Assembly (NCBI GenBank): GCA_002011495.1
Contig: MTNR01000072.1
Location: 7,371-71,370 of the forward strand
Direction of reading: 5' to 3'
Source of the DNA: Dehalococcoides sp. JdFR-56
Lineage (GTDB): Bacteria > Chloroflexota > Dehalococcoidia > Dehalococcoidales > RBG-16-60-22
DNA length: 64,000 nt
The notes under the pieces were generated by a model that saw only the letters and a list, made by a program, of their open reading frames with translations, made no database searches and was not told the origin of the DNA. The position numbers were made by a program, and so were the translations under genes. Shown piece by piece: positions 35,715-45,048 of this stretch. Every line of letters begins with the position of its first letter. The first letter of the stretch is position 1.

Positions 35715-36563
35715 ATGGATATCTCGCAACTAATAAATAATCGACGTTACCCATTACTGTGGCAATTTTTGAAGTACCAGGTAGATATGCAATTTGCGGA
35801 TCTCCGTTGCCTCTTACAGCTTCCCAAAAGCGATCTAAATGCAGGATGCAACTTTGCTGCCGCTGCGGTACTTTTCAACATAATTGCAGGTTTCTCTGTC
35901 TGTTTCTACAATGCTTCCCTACAAGGGCTTAAATCACGAAAGGAACGAGGCGGTAGGTTCAAAGGACTTCTGCGAAAATATTACCCATGGGCAAATGAGC
36001 CTGTTGGGAAAGATACGGGTGTCAAAGTACTTTATGAAGCCGCCAGAAATCCTCTCGCACATAGCCTTGGAGTTTATGAGCCTGGAGCGGAGTGGCGGGT
36101 CATGCTTGGGAAGGATGCACTAACCGCATCACAAATTGAAACAATGGAAAATAGTAAGTCTCGACCAGTGTGGCTGCCTCCGACTATATCTAAGACGGAA
36201 TTAGCCTTTCAAATTTACATTCCCACTCTGTATTGGGGCGTACATTGCTTGGTGCGACGCCTGCTAAACGAGACAAAGCAGGCAGAGAGCGCAGAGAAAT
36301 TCCATATGGAGCTAAGTATAGAGTATGACCTCATAGCCGTGGAATCAAAGGTTTCACAACTGCAGACTTTTCTAAATGGCTCACCCAGCAAGCTTGGTCC
36401 TGAGTATGCAGAGAAGGTCAATGAGATCAATGTCATACTAGATAAGTTGGTGACACTTAGGAACATGACTCAGGAGCAAAACGAGAAAGTTACATGTTTG
36501 CAGCGTTCTTATCAAAGAATTCGTGATCAGATAGCCAAGGCAAAACTGTTCCCGGGTATGTGA
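35715..36563 (+). CDS. Hypothetical protein with a HEPN-like Rx4H motif and a C-terminal coiled coil
   Basis: 282-aa AT-rich ORF. It has LYEAARNPLAHSLG (R-x4-H) and a heptad-like C-terminal ~80 aa. Confidence 0.6.
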   Translation: MDISQLINNRRYPLLWQFLKYQVDMQFADLRCLLQLPKSDLNAGCNFAAAAVLFNIIAGFSVCFYNASLQGLKSRKERGGRFKGLLRKYYPWANEPVGKDTGVKVLYEAARNPLAHSLGVYEPGAEWRVMLGKDALTASQIETMENSKSRPVWLPPTISKTELAFQIYIPTLYWGVHCLVRRLLNETKQAESAEKFHMELSIEYDLIAVESKVSQLQTFLNGSPSKLGPEYAEKVNEINVILDKLVTLRNMTQEQNEKVTCLQRSYQRIRDQIAKAKLFPGM

Positions 36564-36762
36564 CACTTTGCGGGGAGGTAATATTCTGGCTGATTGTTAG
36601 ACGAACGTGGCGTGACATCCGTCGAAGTAAATGATAGACTTGGTTGCGACGCCCCATCTACCGCCATGACATGGTCTTTGTTCCTTCCGCCCGAAAATAC
36701 CCAGAGAACAGGCAGATAATCAACTTGCCTGACCAGCTACAGATGCGGAGAGGAGCTTCAAA

Positions 36763-37425
36763 ATGGACATAGCTGAGGCTAGAAAAGTCGGCAGGACATT
36801 CCTTGTAAGCTTGGATGAATTTCTGGCAGCCAACTACCAAAGGCTCAAGTGTCGGGAAATCTGCGACATATACTATCAGTTTTGGCACGATTTAAAGTAT
36901 TTTAGAGGCACTGCAACTGGTTTCACAGGCCTTTCGGAGTTCCTCATCTTTAGATTTCTGTACCACCAACTGGGCGGCGGTTTCGAGAGGAAGGATATTA
37001 GCCGCGATTTGAGTGAATTTGTAAGACGTGAGATTAGAATGGGCCAAGGTATACCTGTGCAATTAGGAGAGACAAAACGTACTCGGCCTGACATAGTTCT
37101 TTATCACGAAGAAAGACTCGTGGCTGTTGTCCAAATCAAACTGTTTGTCACTGGTGGATTAAAGGAAATAGAAAGGGAAATGAGAACCCTAAAGGGGCTC
37201 AAGCAGGCTAATCCTAACAATTTCCGCGCTCTGCTAGTAATCTATTCTCACTGTCCACCAGAAGGTAAGGTGCCGCTGGAACTTAGGAAGCATAAAGACA
37301 CGAATACTTGGTTCGACTACGTAATTCTCGAAGACAATGAGGAATTGCTGCAACAAAGAGTGAATAGTGCTCTCTCATTGGATCGCCTAGGATTGTACCG
37401 GCCCGACTCGCACAGTGGCCCATAG
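36763..37425 (+). CDS. Hypothetical protein, possible PD-(D/E)xK-like nuclease fold
   Basis: A GGAGAGGAG RBS lies 8 nt upstream. The sequence ...LSEFLIF...RPDIVLYHEERLVAVVQIKLF resembles the E...PD...(E/Q)xK arrangement. The family is not recognised. Confidence 0.55.
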   Translation: MDIAEARKVGRTFLVSLDEFLAANYQRLKCREICDIYYQFWHDLKYFRGTATGFTGLSEFLIFRFLYHQLGGGFERKDISRDLSEFVRREIRMGQGIPVQLGETKRTRPDIVLYHEERLVAVVQIKLFVTGGLKEIEREMRTLKGLKQANPNNFRALLVIYSHCPPEGKVPLELRKHKDTNTWFDYVILEDNEELLQQRVNSALSLDRLGLYRPDSHSGP

Positions 37426-37644
37426 TAAAGGGTCATCGGCCACCTTTACACTCTGACGATAGGTACAGTCCGAGAAGTGCCTTGGAAAGCCCAATAGTGA
37501 GGTTGTTAGAGTCGGGTAACGCGTGCCTTTCAGGACAGTTCCCCAATTTCTATTTGAGAACAAGCGACTTATTCCCGCGCTACAGCAACTTCTAATGTTG
37601 CACCATACTTTCCGATGGTTGGTGCTGTTGCATTTAATCTCCAA

Positions 37645-38313
37645 TTATCCCTGTTTTGGAACTATCGATACAATATCACGAGGTCCCTGTTGCTTAAAAC
37701 TATAGTCAATTTCTGGAACTTTTATTTGCCAATTCAAGTTTGTAAAAACATTTACTGGTTTAACTTCAGAAATGCATTTCTGTAATTCTTCTATCGCGTC
37801 GTCTTTTTCTGGGAAATACAAAGTACAAGTTAAGTTCTGTCCTGCATAACAAGTTAAGTTTATATTTGATGAAATGTGATTAAGTTCAATGTCCTTTAAT
37901 TTGGCATTTCCATTCACAGATTCAAATTGCACTTCAAAGACCGACCCATTAAACCACTCTACATCTAATCTTATCTCGTTATTTCCACAAAGATAGAGTT
38001 GCGAAAATCGTGGATGTAAGAACTGACTTATATTCTGCCTCTCATATTCTATAAGTCCCAATTTGGTTGTATCACGCTTCCATACACTCTCTGATGCTCT
38101 GAAAAAGGAAATTAACAAGAATACCGTAAAGAAGACGGATATGCCTATCATTGTGTATCGTACACTTCCACCCCATAGAATCGCAGTGACTATAGTAGGT
38201 AAAATGCCGAGAACGGAAAACCAAACAGTGAAACTATAGATACGACGTCGATTAAACCCATGTAATTGACGCCACATCTCCCATACCTCTCTAAAATAAC
38301 CTTTTCTGACCAT
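37645..38313 (-). CDS. Hypothetical 2-TM membrane protein with a beta-rich C-terminal domain
   Basis: 222 aa with two N-terminal hydrophobic helices (FTVWFSVLGILPTIVTAILW; MIGISVFFTVFLLISFF). No motif was recognised. Confidence 0.55.
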   Translation of the reverse strand: MVRKGYFREVWEMWRQLHGFNRRRIYSFTVWFSVLGILPTIVTAILWGGSVRYTMIGISVFFTVFLLISFFRASESVWKRDTTKLGLIEYERQNISQFLHPRFSQLYLCGNNEIRLDVEWFNGSVFEVQFESVNGNAKLKDIELNHISSNINLTCYAGQNLTCTLYFPEKDDAIEELQKCISEVKPVNVFTNLNWQIKVPEIDYSFKQQGPRDIVSIVPKQG

Positions 38314-38619
38314 ACTCCCACCTCCATATTTGCGGTGGAAGTAGTATAAGACAAGCTAAATCGTAATGCAACAGAACCGGGTGGTTCGTTTGCTTGGCAT
38401 CAGACGAATATAGCAGGCTTTCTCTCTTAGCCAATTCCAACGACAGGCTTGTGTCATGATTCCAGACCAACGTATAATAGCTTGGCGGAACCGCAAACCA
38501 CCCGCAAGACGAAGTGGTGACCACCGCTATCCATACGAGGACAAGATCGCCCAGATGGCGAGCAGCACTTGGCGCCATCATGGCAGACATAATAGTTACC
38601 ACACGGAAAGGAGGATAAA

Positions 38620-39556
38620 GTGACGAGTCCACAATCCATTGAGACGACGAACCACCTCATTGCCTGGCTCAAACTGAGCCGGGTGCCTTTCCATACCGTA
38701 GGGTTTTTTTCCCTTTCTGCTGGGAATGGTGATTGCCTGGAGCCAGGGTTATCCCTTCAACTGGGGAGTGGGCACTCTCTCCACCCTGGCGGTGATTCTG
38801 ATAATGCTCGCCACCTATTACTCTGGCGAATATTACGACTACGACACGGACTCTCTGAACAGGGAATACAACAAGTTCAGCGGCGGCACCAGAGTCCTGC
38901 AGGCGGGATTAGTCCCCAAGAAGCAGGTTCTTTTGGCTGCCCTCCTAGCTCTGGCAGCAGCGGGAATTATCGGACTTATTCTTCAGTTTTATTTTAAGAC
39001 GGGACCCTTTACCATACCGCTCGGTGCTTTCGGCATGCTGTGTGGTTACTTCTATACCTCAAAGCCCCTGCGCTGGGCCTATAGAGGTGTAGGGGAGGTA
39101 CTGATAGGCATCTGCTATGGTTGGCTCGCCGTCAGCACTGCCTATTATCTTCAAACCGGTACCTTTGGGCTGATACCGACGCTGGCCTCCATACCTATCA
39201 GCATCAGCATTTTCCTGGTGATTCTGATCAACGAGTTCCCCGACTATACCTCGGACCGGGCGTCAGGCAAGAACAACCTGGTAGTGAGGCTGGGGCGTGA
39301 CAGAGCTGCCCTGTTGTATGCTAGCCTGGCGGCCATCTGTTTTCTGTCGATCGTGCTTGGCGTTCTGGCCGGGATACCCAGGCTCATGGCTTTCCTATCG
39401 GTAATACCGCTGGGACTGATAGTTCGCAACCTGCTGGCGTTGAAAAAGCGGGAATACAGGGAGAAGCAGGCTCTAGAAAAGATTTGCTCCAGAACGCTCC
39501 TACTCAATCTGGGCACAACCGCCTTGTATATTCTCGCTTTTGTCTTGTGGATATGA
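38620..39556 (+). pseudogene. UbiA-superfamily (MenA-like) prenyltransferase interrupted by a +1 frameshift in a T7 run
   Basis: GTG 38620 follows GGAAAGGAGG and gives MTSPQSIETTNHLIAWLKLSRVPFHTVGFF. The frame then breaks at T7 (38704-38710). Removing one T restores GFFPFLLGMVIAWSQG, which continues into track ORF 38726..39556 (Asp-rich motif EYYDYDTD). Confidence 0.7.
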
Positions 39557-40761
39557 AGGAAATTAATAGGTTAAGAAGAATAGTCAAGCCTTTCTATATG
39601 GCGCCGTCGCTGGTTGCCAAGCAGGCACTGAGTGCCTTGTATTTCGGCTATCTCACCCAGTGGCGCAGGTTACCCCAGTGGCTTCTCAAAGGAGGCAAAA
39701 CGCTTCCCACCGCCGCTGGGGCTATCGGCATGGGTTGTATCGGCTTTCCCATTCACCCGGTATGGGAGGTCACCACTGCCTGCAATCTGAGGTGCCGGCA
39801 CTGCCATGCCAGCGCGGGCAAGCGTCAGGAGGAGCTGAACACGGAGGAGGGCAAGAAGCTCCTTGACGAGATAGCCTCTGTGCCTGAATTCCGCATGCTG
39901 GTGCTGACCGGGGGCGAGCCCCTGGTACGTCCTGACATCATTGAGCTGGTGCAGTACGCCTCGGCTCTGGGACTCAAGGTGGCGATAGCCACCAATGGCA
40001 CCCTTATTGATACCCAGATGGCAAAGAAACTCAAGCGGGCGGGTGTCTGTGACCTTGCCATGGGGCTTGACGCTGCCACCCCGGACCTCCACGATTTTAT
40101 TCGCGATACCCCCGGCAGTTATGAGCGTACCCTGCGAGGCATTCGCGCCTGCCGAGAGGCAGGTATGTGTCTCCAAATAAATGTCACGGTGATGAAATAT
40201 AACTACTCGGAAATACCTAGGATACTTGACCTCGCCGATGAACTGGAGGCAGAGATCGTTCTTCTCTATCAGGTGGTGCCTCAGGGAAGGGGTGGCGGAA
40301 ATGGCCTGGAGCTGACAAAGGAGGAATACGCTCATCTGATGGATTTCGTCGCTGGGAAACAGGCGAGTGCCGTGCCCATTATTGAACCTACCTGCTCTCC
40401 TCAGTACTGGGCTTACTTGCTCAACAAAAGGCAAGTAAGTCATTGGGAACTGGGGCTGGCCCGCAAGGTGTTCCGGGGCTGTGCCGCGGGTTGGGGCCTC
40501 TGCTATATTAAACCCAATGGTGAGGTCTGGCCTTGTCCCTTCGTCCCTGTGAGCGGAGGGAATGTGCGCCAGATGCCCCTAACCCAGATATGGCATGAAG
40601 GGGGGCCATTCCGAAAGCTGCGGAATAGGGAGAAAAACCTTAGAGGAAGCTGCGCTACCTGTCATTGGCAGTCTGTATGTGGGGGGTGCCGCGGGAGGGC
40701 TTACGCTCACTCCGGTGATTATCTGGCAGAAGACCCCCTCTGCTTCCTTCACGACTGTTAA
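39553..40761 (+). CDS. Radical SAM enzyme with a C-terminal SPASM domain
   Basis: Has CNLRCRHC (CxxxCxxC), GGEPL, and SPASM cysteines (CAAGWGLCYIKPNGEVWPCPF; CATCHWQSVCGGCRGRAY). ATG 39553 overlaps the UbiA stop as ATGA. The track ORF starts at 39484. Confidence 0.85.
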   Translation: MKEINRLRRIVKPFYMAPSLVAKQALSALYFGYLTQWRRLPQWLLKGGKTLPTAAGAIGMGCIGFPIHPVWEVTTACNLRCRHCHASAGKRQEELNTEEGKKLLDEIASVPEFRMLVLTGGEPLVRPDIIELVQYASALGLKVAIATNGTLIDTQMAKKLKRAGVCDLAMGLDAATPDLHDFIRDTPGSYERTLRGIRACREAGMCLQINVTVMKYNYSEIPRILDLADELEAEIVLLYQVVPQGRGGGNGLELTKEEYAHLMDFVAGKQASAVPIIEPTCSPQYWAYLLNKRQVSHWELGLARKVFRGCAAGWGLCYIKPNGEVWPCPFVPVSGGNVRQMPLTQIWHEGGPFRKLRNREKNLRGSCATCHWQSVCGGCRGRAYAHSGDYLAEDPLCFLHDC

Positions 40762-40941
40762 TGCGGGTTAAGACAGCGACCTAGGTAGCTCCCAGTGCAT
40801 GAAGCCAAGCCTCTGCCGTGCCACAGACCGGTAGAGTCGACTCGATCATACCGAAATTGTCTTAAACGGTTTGCGGGACAGACATGCTCTTGTTGCGGGT
40901 ATTATACCGGCACCGGAAATCTTACCCTCTATGCTAGAGGT

Positions 40942-42135
40942 TCACAGCCCGATGACATTGAGTAGTATGCTGACTAATATTCCACCAATTAAGACTTCTA
41001 TAGCCCACTTCTTTGTTCGGCGCGTCGCATTATCAATGATGATCTTATTATTTCTGTAGCCCCTCACGACCGAGTCCCAAAAGAGACTAATTGAGATGAC
41101 TGCCATGCTAGCAAGGATTATGCAAAGAATTGCGGACCGTAGTGAGGGGATCACGCGGGCACTCACAGCATCCGCTTGAATTGCTCCTAGCCAGCCGATT
41201 TGCCATAGATACCACCCTAGCCAGGTGTCAAAGCCCAGTATTAGAAAAGACACAATGCCTCCTATTCTCGTCAGCAAAGGCAGGCCACCCAGCTCTTCCT
41301 TTGAAACCCTAACTGTCTCGGTGCCGAAATTTGTAGCTAGGTCGAGACTTGCTGCAACCAGAATCTTCGATACACCCCTTTTCGAGTCTGCGCCATAAAC
41401 GTTTCTTATAGATGAGTTGGCCGCTTGTGTCTGGAAGAACGCAGGAATGTTTCGTAGGGTCGTATCCACGAATTCTCTTAAAATTGCGATGTCGTTCTTT
41501 TCCCTAAATTGCCTGTAGTTCCATAGGACCCATGCATAGTACACAGCATCATCGGAACGAACCTTGTTTTTCGATACTGCTTTAAAGCAATAGTCGACTA
41601 CTTCCTTAAGCTTCTCATCGTTTCCCAGCTTTTCAAAGAGGAGCGCTGTAAATAAGAGATTTTTGGGGTCGTTGAAAACTGCAGATTCGGTGACTTCCTT
41701 CTCAAGCTGCTTAAGTACCTCGTTAAACGGGGGGACTTTGTTCCTTATGTCGGCCAATGATAGCAAGATGATCGCCGTATAAGCTATATTGTTGAATAGG
41801 GATCTATTTACAACATGTTTGCTAACAATGTCAGCCAACTGTTTTGCTTCAACGTTAACGCTAAGCCTCTTGTACCGTTTCAGACAGTAGGAGGCAAGCA
41901 CCGCTGAAGTAAGCTCCCTGTCAACAAACCTGCCAAATTTCTCCTGATTTATCTTTTGGTCAATCCAAGCGTTCATCCAGTCTACCAGGTTATCTGTCCC
42001 GGGACTTTCCACACCGTTCTTGAGAAGAAAGAAGAGATATATGGCGAACCCGAGCGGGTCAGTCGCCAAATCGGTTTGCGTTTCTTCCTCTATCCAGCTT
42101 CTCAGTTTCTCCCTCAGTACCTCTACCGAATCCAT
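40942..42135 (-). CDS. pAgo-associated membrane protein: ~290-aa helical N-terminal domain + 3 C-terminal TM helices (candidate effector)
   Basis: Third gene of the pAgo operon, with a 10-nt gap. TM segments are GGIVSFLILGFDTWLGWYLWQIGWLGAI, AILCIILASMAVISISLFW and WAIEVLIGGILVSILLNVIGL. No enzymatic motif was recognised. Confidence 0.7.
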   Translation of the reverse strand: MDSVEVLREKLRSWIEEETQTDLATDPLGFAIYLFFLLKNGVESPGTDNLVDWMNAWIDQKINQEKFGRFVDRELTSAVLASYCLKRYKRLSVNVEAKQLADIVSKHVVNRSLFNNIAYTAIILLSLADIRNKVPPFNEVLKQLEKEVTESAVFNDPKNLLFTALLFEKLGNDEKLKEVVDYCFKAVSKNKVRSDDAVYYAWVLWNYRQFREKNDIAILREFVDTTLRNIPAFFQTQAANSSIRNVYGADSKRGVSKILVAASLDLATNFGTETVRVSKEELGGLPLLTRIGGIVSFLILGFDTWLGWYLWQIGWLGAIQADAVSARVIPSLRSAILCIILASMAVISISLFWDSVVRGYRNNKIIIDNATRRTKKWAIEVLIGGILVSILLNVIGL

Positions 42136-42145
42136 ATGACTACCT

Positions 42146-43453
42146 TTAAATAAACCAAGGTCTTCGATTCAAGATCTCATTCACCTCAGGACTTGTCATA
42201 CCCTGCCATTCTTGTGCAGATATCGCCGCTGTAAGATAGGCAAGCTCCTGGGAGAATTGTAGGGTTATCGGCTGACGTACTAAAGGCGTCGCCGTTGCCC
42301 AGTCCAACTTGGTAAGGCCGAGTACTTGGAGTGCCAAGTCGTCCGCATCAAGAAACTTGACCGGGTGCTGTTCCGATCTGATATGTAGCAACTTTGGTGT
42401 CCCCATTCTTCTCCCGGCGATATCGGTATATCCTGTCGTAGAAAGCAGAACCTCATTTTCATTCCAATAAACGTAGTAACCCCTGGGGAAGCTCCCATCA
42501 TCAACCTTCAGGTCGTACATCCTGAACGGATGTGAGTCGTCAATGGATACAAAGGCTACATTGTAGTCCTTGACACGCTCGTCCAAGAACCGCTTGACGC
42601 CATCAATCTCCTCTCTTGCAAATTTTTTGTAGCAGTGTATTACTATGCTGCGAGGGGCTTGCCCTTTTTCAGCTTCAAATTTTGTTATCGCGCTGGAGAG
42701 CAACTCATGAAGTCTTTCTGCCTTCTGTTCCTTCTCGTACAGTTTCGCCGTCCCTTCAAAGAACATCCACCGACCGTAGCTATCGAACACGTTAACGTAT
42801 CCTACGAACTGGGGCAGTTCGCCGGCTCTGTGTTTATATGACACACAATTAGAGATAGACAGGCCAAGAATCATGTCTGTGTTCTTCATTTCGCTTTCTA
42901 GGACCCACGGGATGCCACCGGCCTTTGAGAAGATGGCTGAAGCTAGATTAAGATAGGACCAGCGTAGGTTCTCAAATGTCGACTCGGTGATCATTTGACT
43001 TGTGAACCCGTGAGACGCAAGCATAGCTTTAAGACGATAATACGGGGTTCTTGCAAAATACCTGCTGGTCTTGGGCACGTAGGCTAAAACGGTATCCACT
43101 TTCCTTGGGTCTTCGGCGGCAACCAACTCGTCAGCCTTCTTCTCGTATTCGTCGACGTCAAGTGATTCGGTTATGTATTCGCCTACTATCTCAATATTGC
43201 ACCTAAAAAACTGAGGCATTCCGCCGGGAAAAATCGGCGTGCCCACATTCAGTTCCCTAATAAGCGCATCTACCTGTTGCTTATGTGCTTCTGGGCAAAT
43301 CAGGACCATCCTCACCTTGGAGAGCCCCTTGTCGTACGGCCCAAACTGCCTCAGTCCCCAATACACCTGGGGATGGACACATGAAGTATCAACCTTGTCA
43401 AATAGCAAGCTGGGCTCGCTATCAATTCTATTTCCCTCAAGATACGTCGGCAT
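42146..43453 (-). CDS. Short prokaryotic Argonaute (MID + PIWI only), catalytically inactive
   Basis: 435 aa. The MID 5'-end pocket pattern is Y-x3-K...Q...K (YYRLK, TSQMI, FSKAGG). PIWI hallmarks are AIFSKAGGIPWVL, GTPKLLHI and a C-terminal PWFI. DEDX positions are degenerate (ILGLSIS for GxDV; IHCYKK for HRDG). Confidence 0.8.
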   Translation of the reverse strand: MPTYLEGNRIDSEPSLLFDKVDTSCVHPQVYWGLRQFGPYDKGLSKVRMVLICPEAHKQQVDALIRELNVGTPIFPGGMPQFFRCNIEIVGEYITESLDVDEYEKKADELVAAEDPRKVDTVLAYVPKTSRYFARTPYYRLKAMLASHGFTSQMITESTFENLRWSYLNLASAIFSKAGGIPWVLESEMKNTDMILGLSISNCVSYKHRAGELPQFVGYVNVFDSYGRWMFFEGTAKLYEKEQKAERLHELLSSAITKFEAEKGQAPRSIVIHCYKKFAREEIDGVKRFLDERVKDYNVAFVSIDDSHPFRMYDLKVDDGSFPRGYYVYWNENEVLLSTTGYTDIAGRRMGTPKLLHIRSEQHPVKFLDADDLALQVLGLTKLDWATATPLVRQPITLQFSQELAYLTAAISAQEWQGMTSPEVNEILNRRPWFI

Positions 43454-43457
43454 TGCC

Positions 43458-44300
43458 TTACACCCTTATCACAACAGGTTCACTGTCGAGACTTACTTTG
43501 AACTTACCAAATCTCAGTGGAAAGACATTTCTTCGGAGCTCTGTTATAATTGCTAACGTTCTCATAAGTCTATCTCTGGACGCTGTGAAACTGTCTAAAA
43601 ATGATTGTTTCCTCTGAAGGGCAATCACATTAAATCGTCGGCTCAAGTGCTCTAGCACTCGCTGTATGAGTTCTGGCTTGGGCTCTGGCAAAACATTTTC
43701 GGCAGGTACGTCCTCTTGTTTGAAGTCACGATAGTTCTTCACTTTGCATAGTGCCTGCCCGGAATCCGATATCCGGGTCTCGATCAGGTAACCATCAATC
43801 CTGTACCTTTCCTCCCTCCTGTAGTTAACAGAGAAGTCAGACAAGTCGGCCGGGCTCATGCCTTTCTCTAAGAGCTGACCGATAGTGCAATTGCTCCTGA
43901 AGATCAAATGTGGATCGACACATAATAATATCCCATTGGTGAGGTTGACGACTCGAAACTCGAATCCGTCATAGATGCAAAAGATGTCTTTGCAAGGCTG
44001 ATCCAATTCATCTTGCTCGCGGTACACTATATAACGTCCTTTTAAGCAATAACCGGCTTCTTTGAGTCCCAAGACAAACTGTTTCGTTACCAGCCTCATC
44101 AACATAGGCAGGGTTACCTCAATTGGCTGGAGTCCTTCCTTAGATTCGTGAGTAAAGTACTTCCCGTCATAATAGATCGTCTTTGCCTTCTCGTGCGGCG
44201 AGGGTGGGCCGTCCAGTTGATACAACATGCCTTGTTGGACTGTTAGGCCAAAGAGATTGCCAAATCTGTCGTACATTCTAAAGATATCTGGGCCTTGCAT
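43458..44300 (-). CDS. Stand-alone APAZ-like (Argonaute N/L1/L2-like) protein with no fused effector domain
   Basis: 280 aa, and first gene of the operon. Its stop lies 4 nt before the pAgo ATG. The mixed beta/alpha sequence (FEFRVVNLTNGILLCVDPHLIF...) and its position match APAZ partners of short pAgos. It is too short to carry a SIR2, TIR or Mrr module. Confidence 0.55.
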   Translation of the reverse strand: MQGPDIFRMYDRFGNLFGLTVQQGMLYQLDGPPSPHEKAKTIYYDGKYFTHESKEGLQPIEVTLPMLMRLVTKQFVLGLKEAGYCLKGRYIVYREQDELDQPCKDIFCIYDGFEFRVVNLTNGILLCVDPHLIFRSNCTIGQLLEKGMSPADLSDFSVNYRREERYRIDGYLIETRISDSGQALCKVKNYRDFKQEDVPAENVLPEPKPELIQRVLEHLSRRFNVIALQRKQSFLDSFTASRDRLMRTLAIITELRRNVFPLRFGKFKVSLDSEPVVIRV

Positions 44301-44401
44301 TCTTATCCCCCAGCCTTAAAGGTCTTTCCTTTTTCCTAGGATTTGAACTGCTCTTGCCAAGTCGGTCATGGCAATAATAGGCTGGAGCACGCTTTGATTG
44401 A

Positions 44402-44430
44402 ATTGTAGCGCCAACCGAATAGGATTTCAA
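44402..44430 (-). promoter_or_regulatory. Candidate promoter of the pAgo operon
   Basis: The minus strand reads TTGAAA (44430-44425), a 17-nt spacer, then TACAAT (44407-44402), about 100 nt upstream of ATG 44300. Confidence 0.4.
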
Positions 44431-44627
44431 TCGCGCTCACTGGGGGCACAGACATGTGAAGACTAGACTGCGCCCGAAAGAAGCTGTCATAACTGCAACA
44501 CAATGGTTTGAATAAACAATGGGATGAAAAGTACACCCGGGTGCCGGAGCGCCTCCGATATTGCGGCATCAATCTAGCGAGAGTAGAATTTGAGAAATGG
44601 CACAGAATTAGTCGGAGGAGGGTTCAC

Positions 44628-44825
44628 ATGACCTTTCGAGATGCGGTTAGGCAAGCACTACAGATAAAGCCTGAAATGACGCTAGAAGAGGTTGCTAATG
44701 TCTTTAACCAAAAGAGGTTATACGCTAGGAGAAATGGGGAACCAGTGGATGCCAAATTGGTCGGCTTACGAGCTATTAATAACCTGGATATGCTGAAAGT
44801 CACGATTCAACTAAGAAACAGATAG
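44628..44825 (+). CDS. Small (65-aa) winged-helix / HARE-HTH-like protein
   Basis: ATG 44628 follows GGAGGAGGG. The pattern of MTFRDAVRQALQIKPEMTLEEVANVFNQKRLYARRNGEPVDAKLVGLRAI resembles HARE-HTH N-terminal domains of restriction-associated proteins. The track ORF starts at 44508. Confidence 0.5.
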   Translation: MTFRDAVRQALQIKPEMTLEEVANVFNQKRLYARRNGEPVDAKLVGLRAINNLDMLKVTIQLRNR

Positions 44826-45048
44826 TACGAGGCCAGACTTCAAATTCAGGATTGAGGATATTTCTCGTATCGAGTCCGTCGTTTGATCTGAAAAGATCCG
44901 AATGCACAGAGTGGCTAATTGTTCACAACAGCCCGCAGACACAATGCCTTATAGTCTGTACAGTCGCCACTGCAAGTATTAGAATTGCAATTATGTATGA
45001 TGCGAGGTATCACCATCAACGTAGTGGAAGAAACAGCTCTAGAGGTGT

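Noticed and set aside
38291-38672. Minus-strand ORFs of 113 aa and 72 aa between the 2-TM gene and the UbiA gene
   Set aside because: They have no RBS and no recognisable features. They overlap the start of 37645..38313 and the UbiA RBS and start region, so they are likely chance ORFs.
39670-40443. 257-aa minus-strand ORF inside the radical-SAM gene
   Set aside because: It is antisense to an ORF that has clear CxxxCxxC and SPASM motifs, and it has no motifs of its own.
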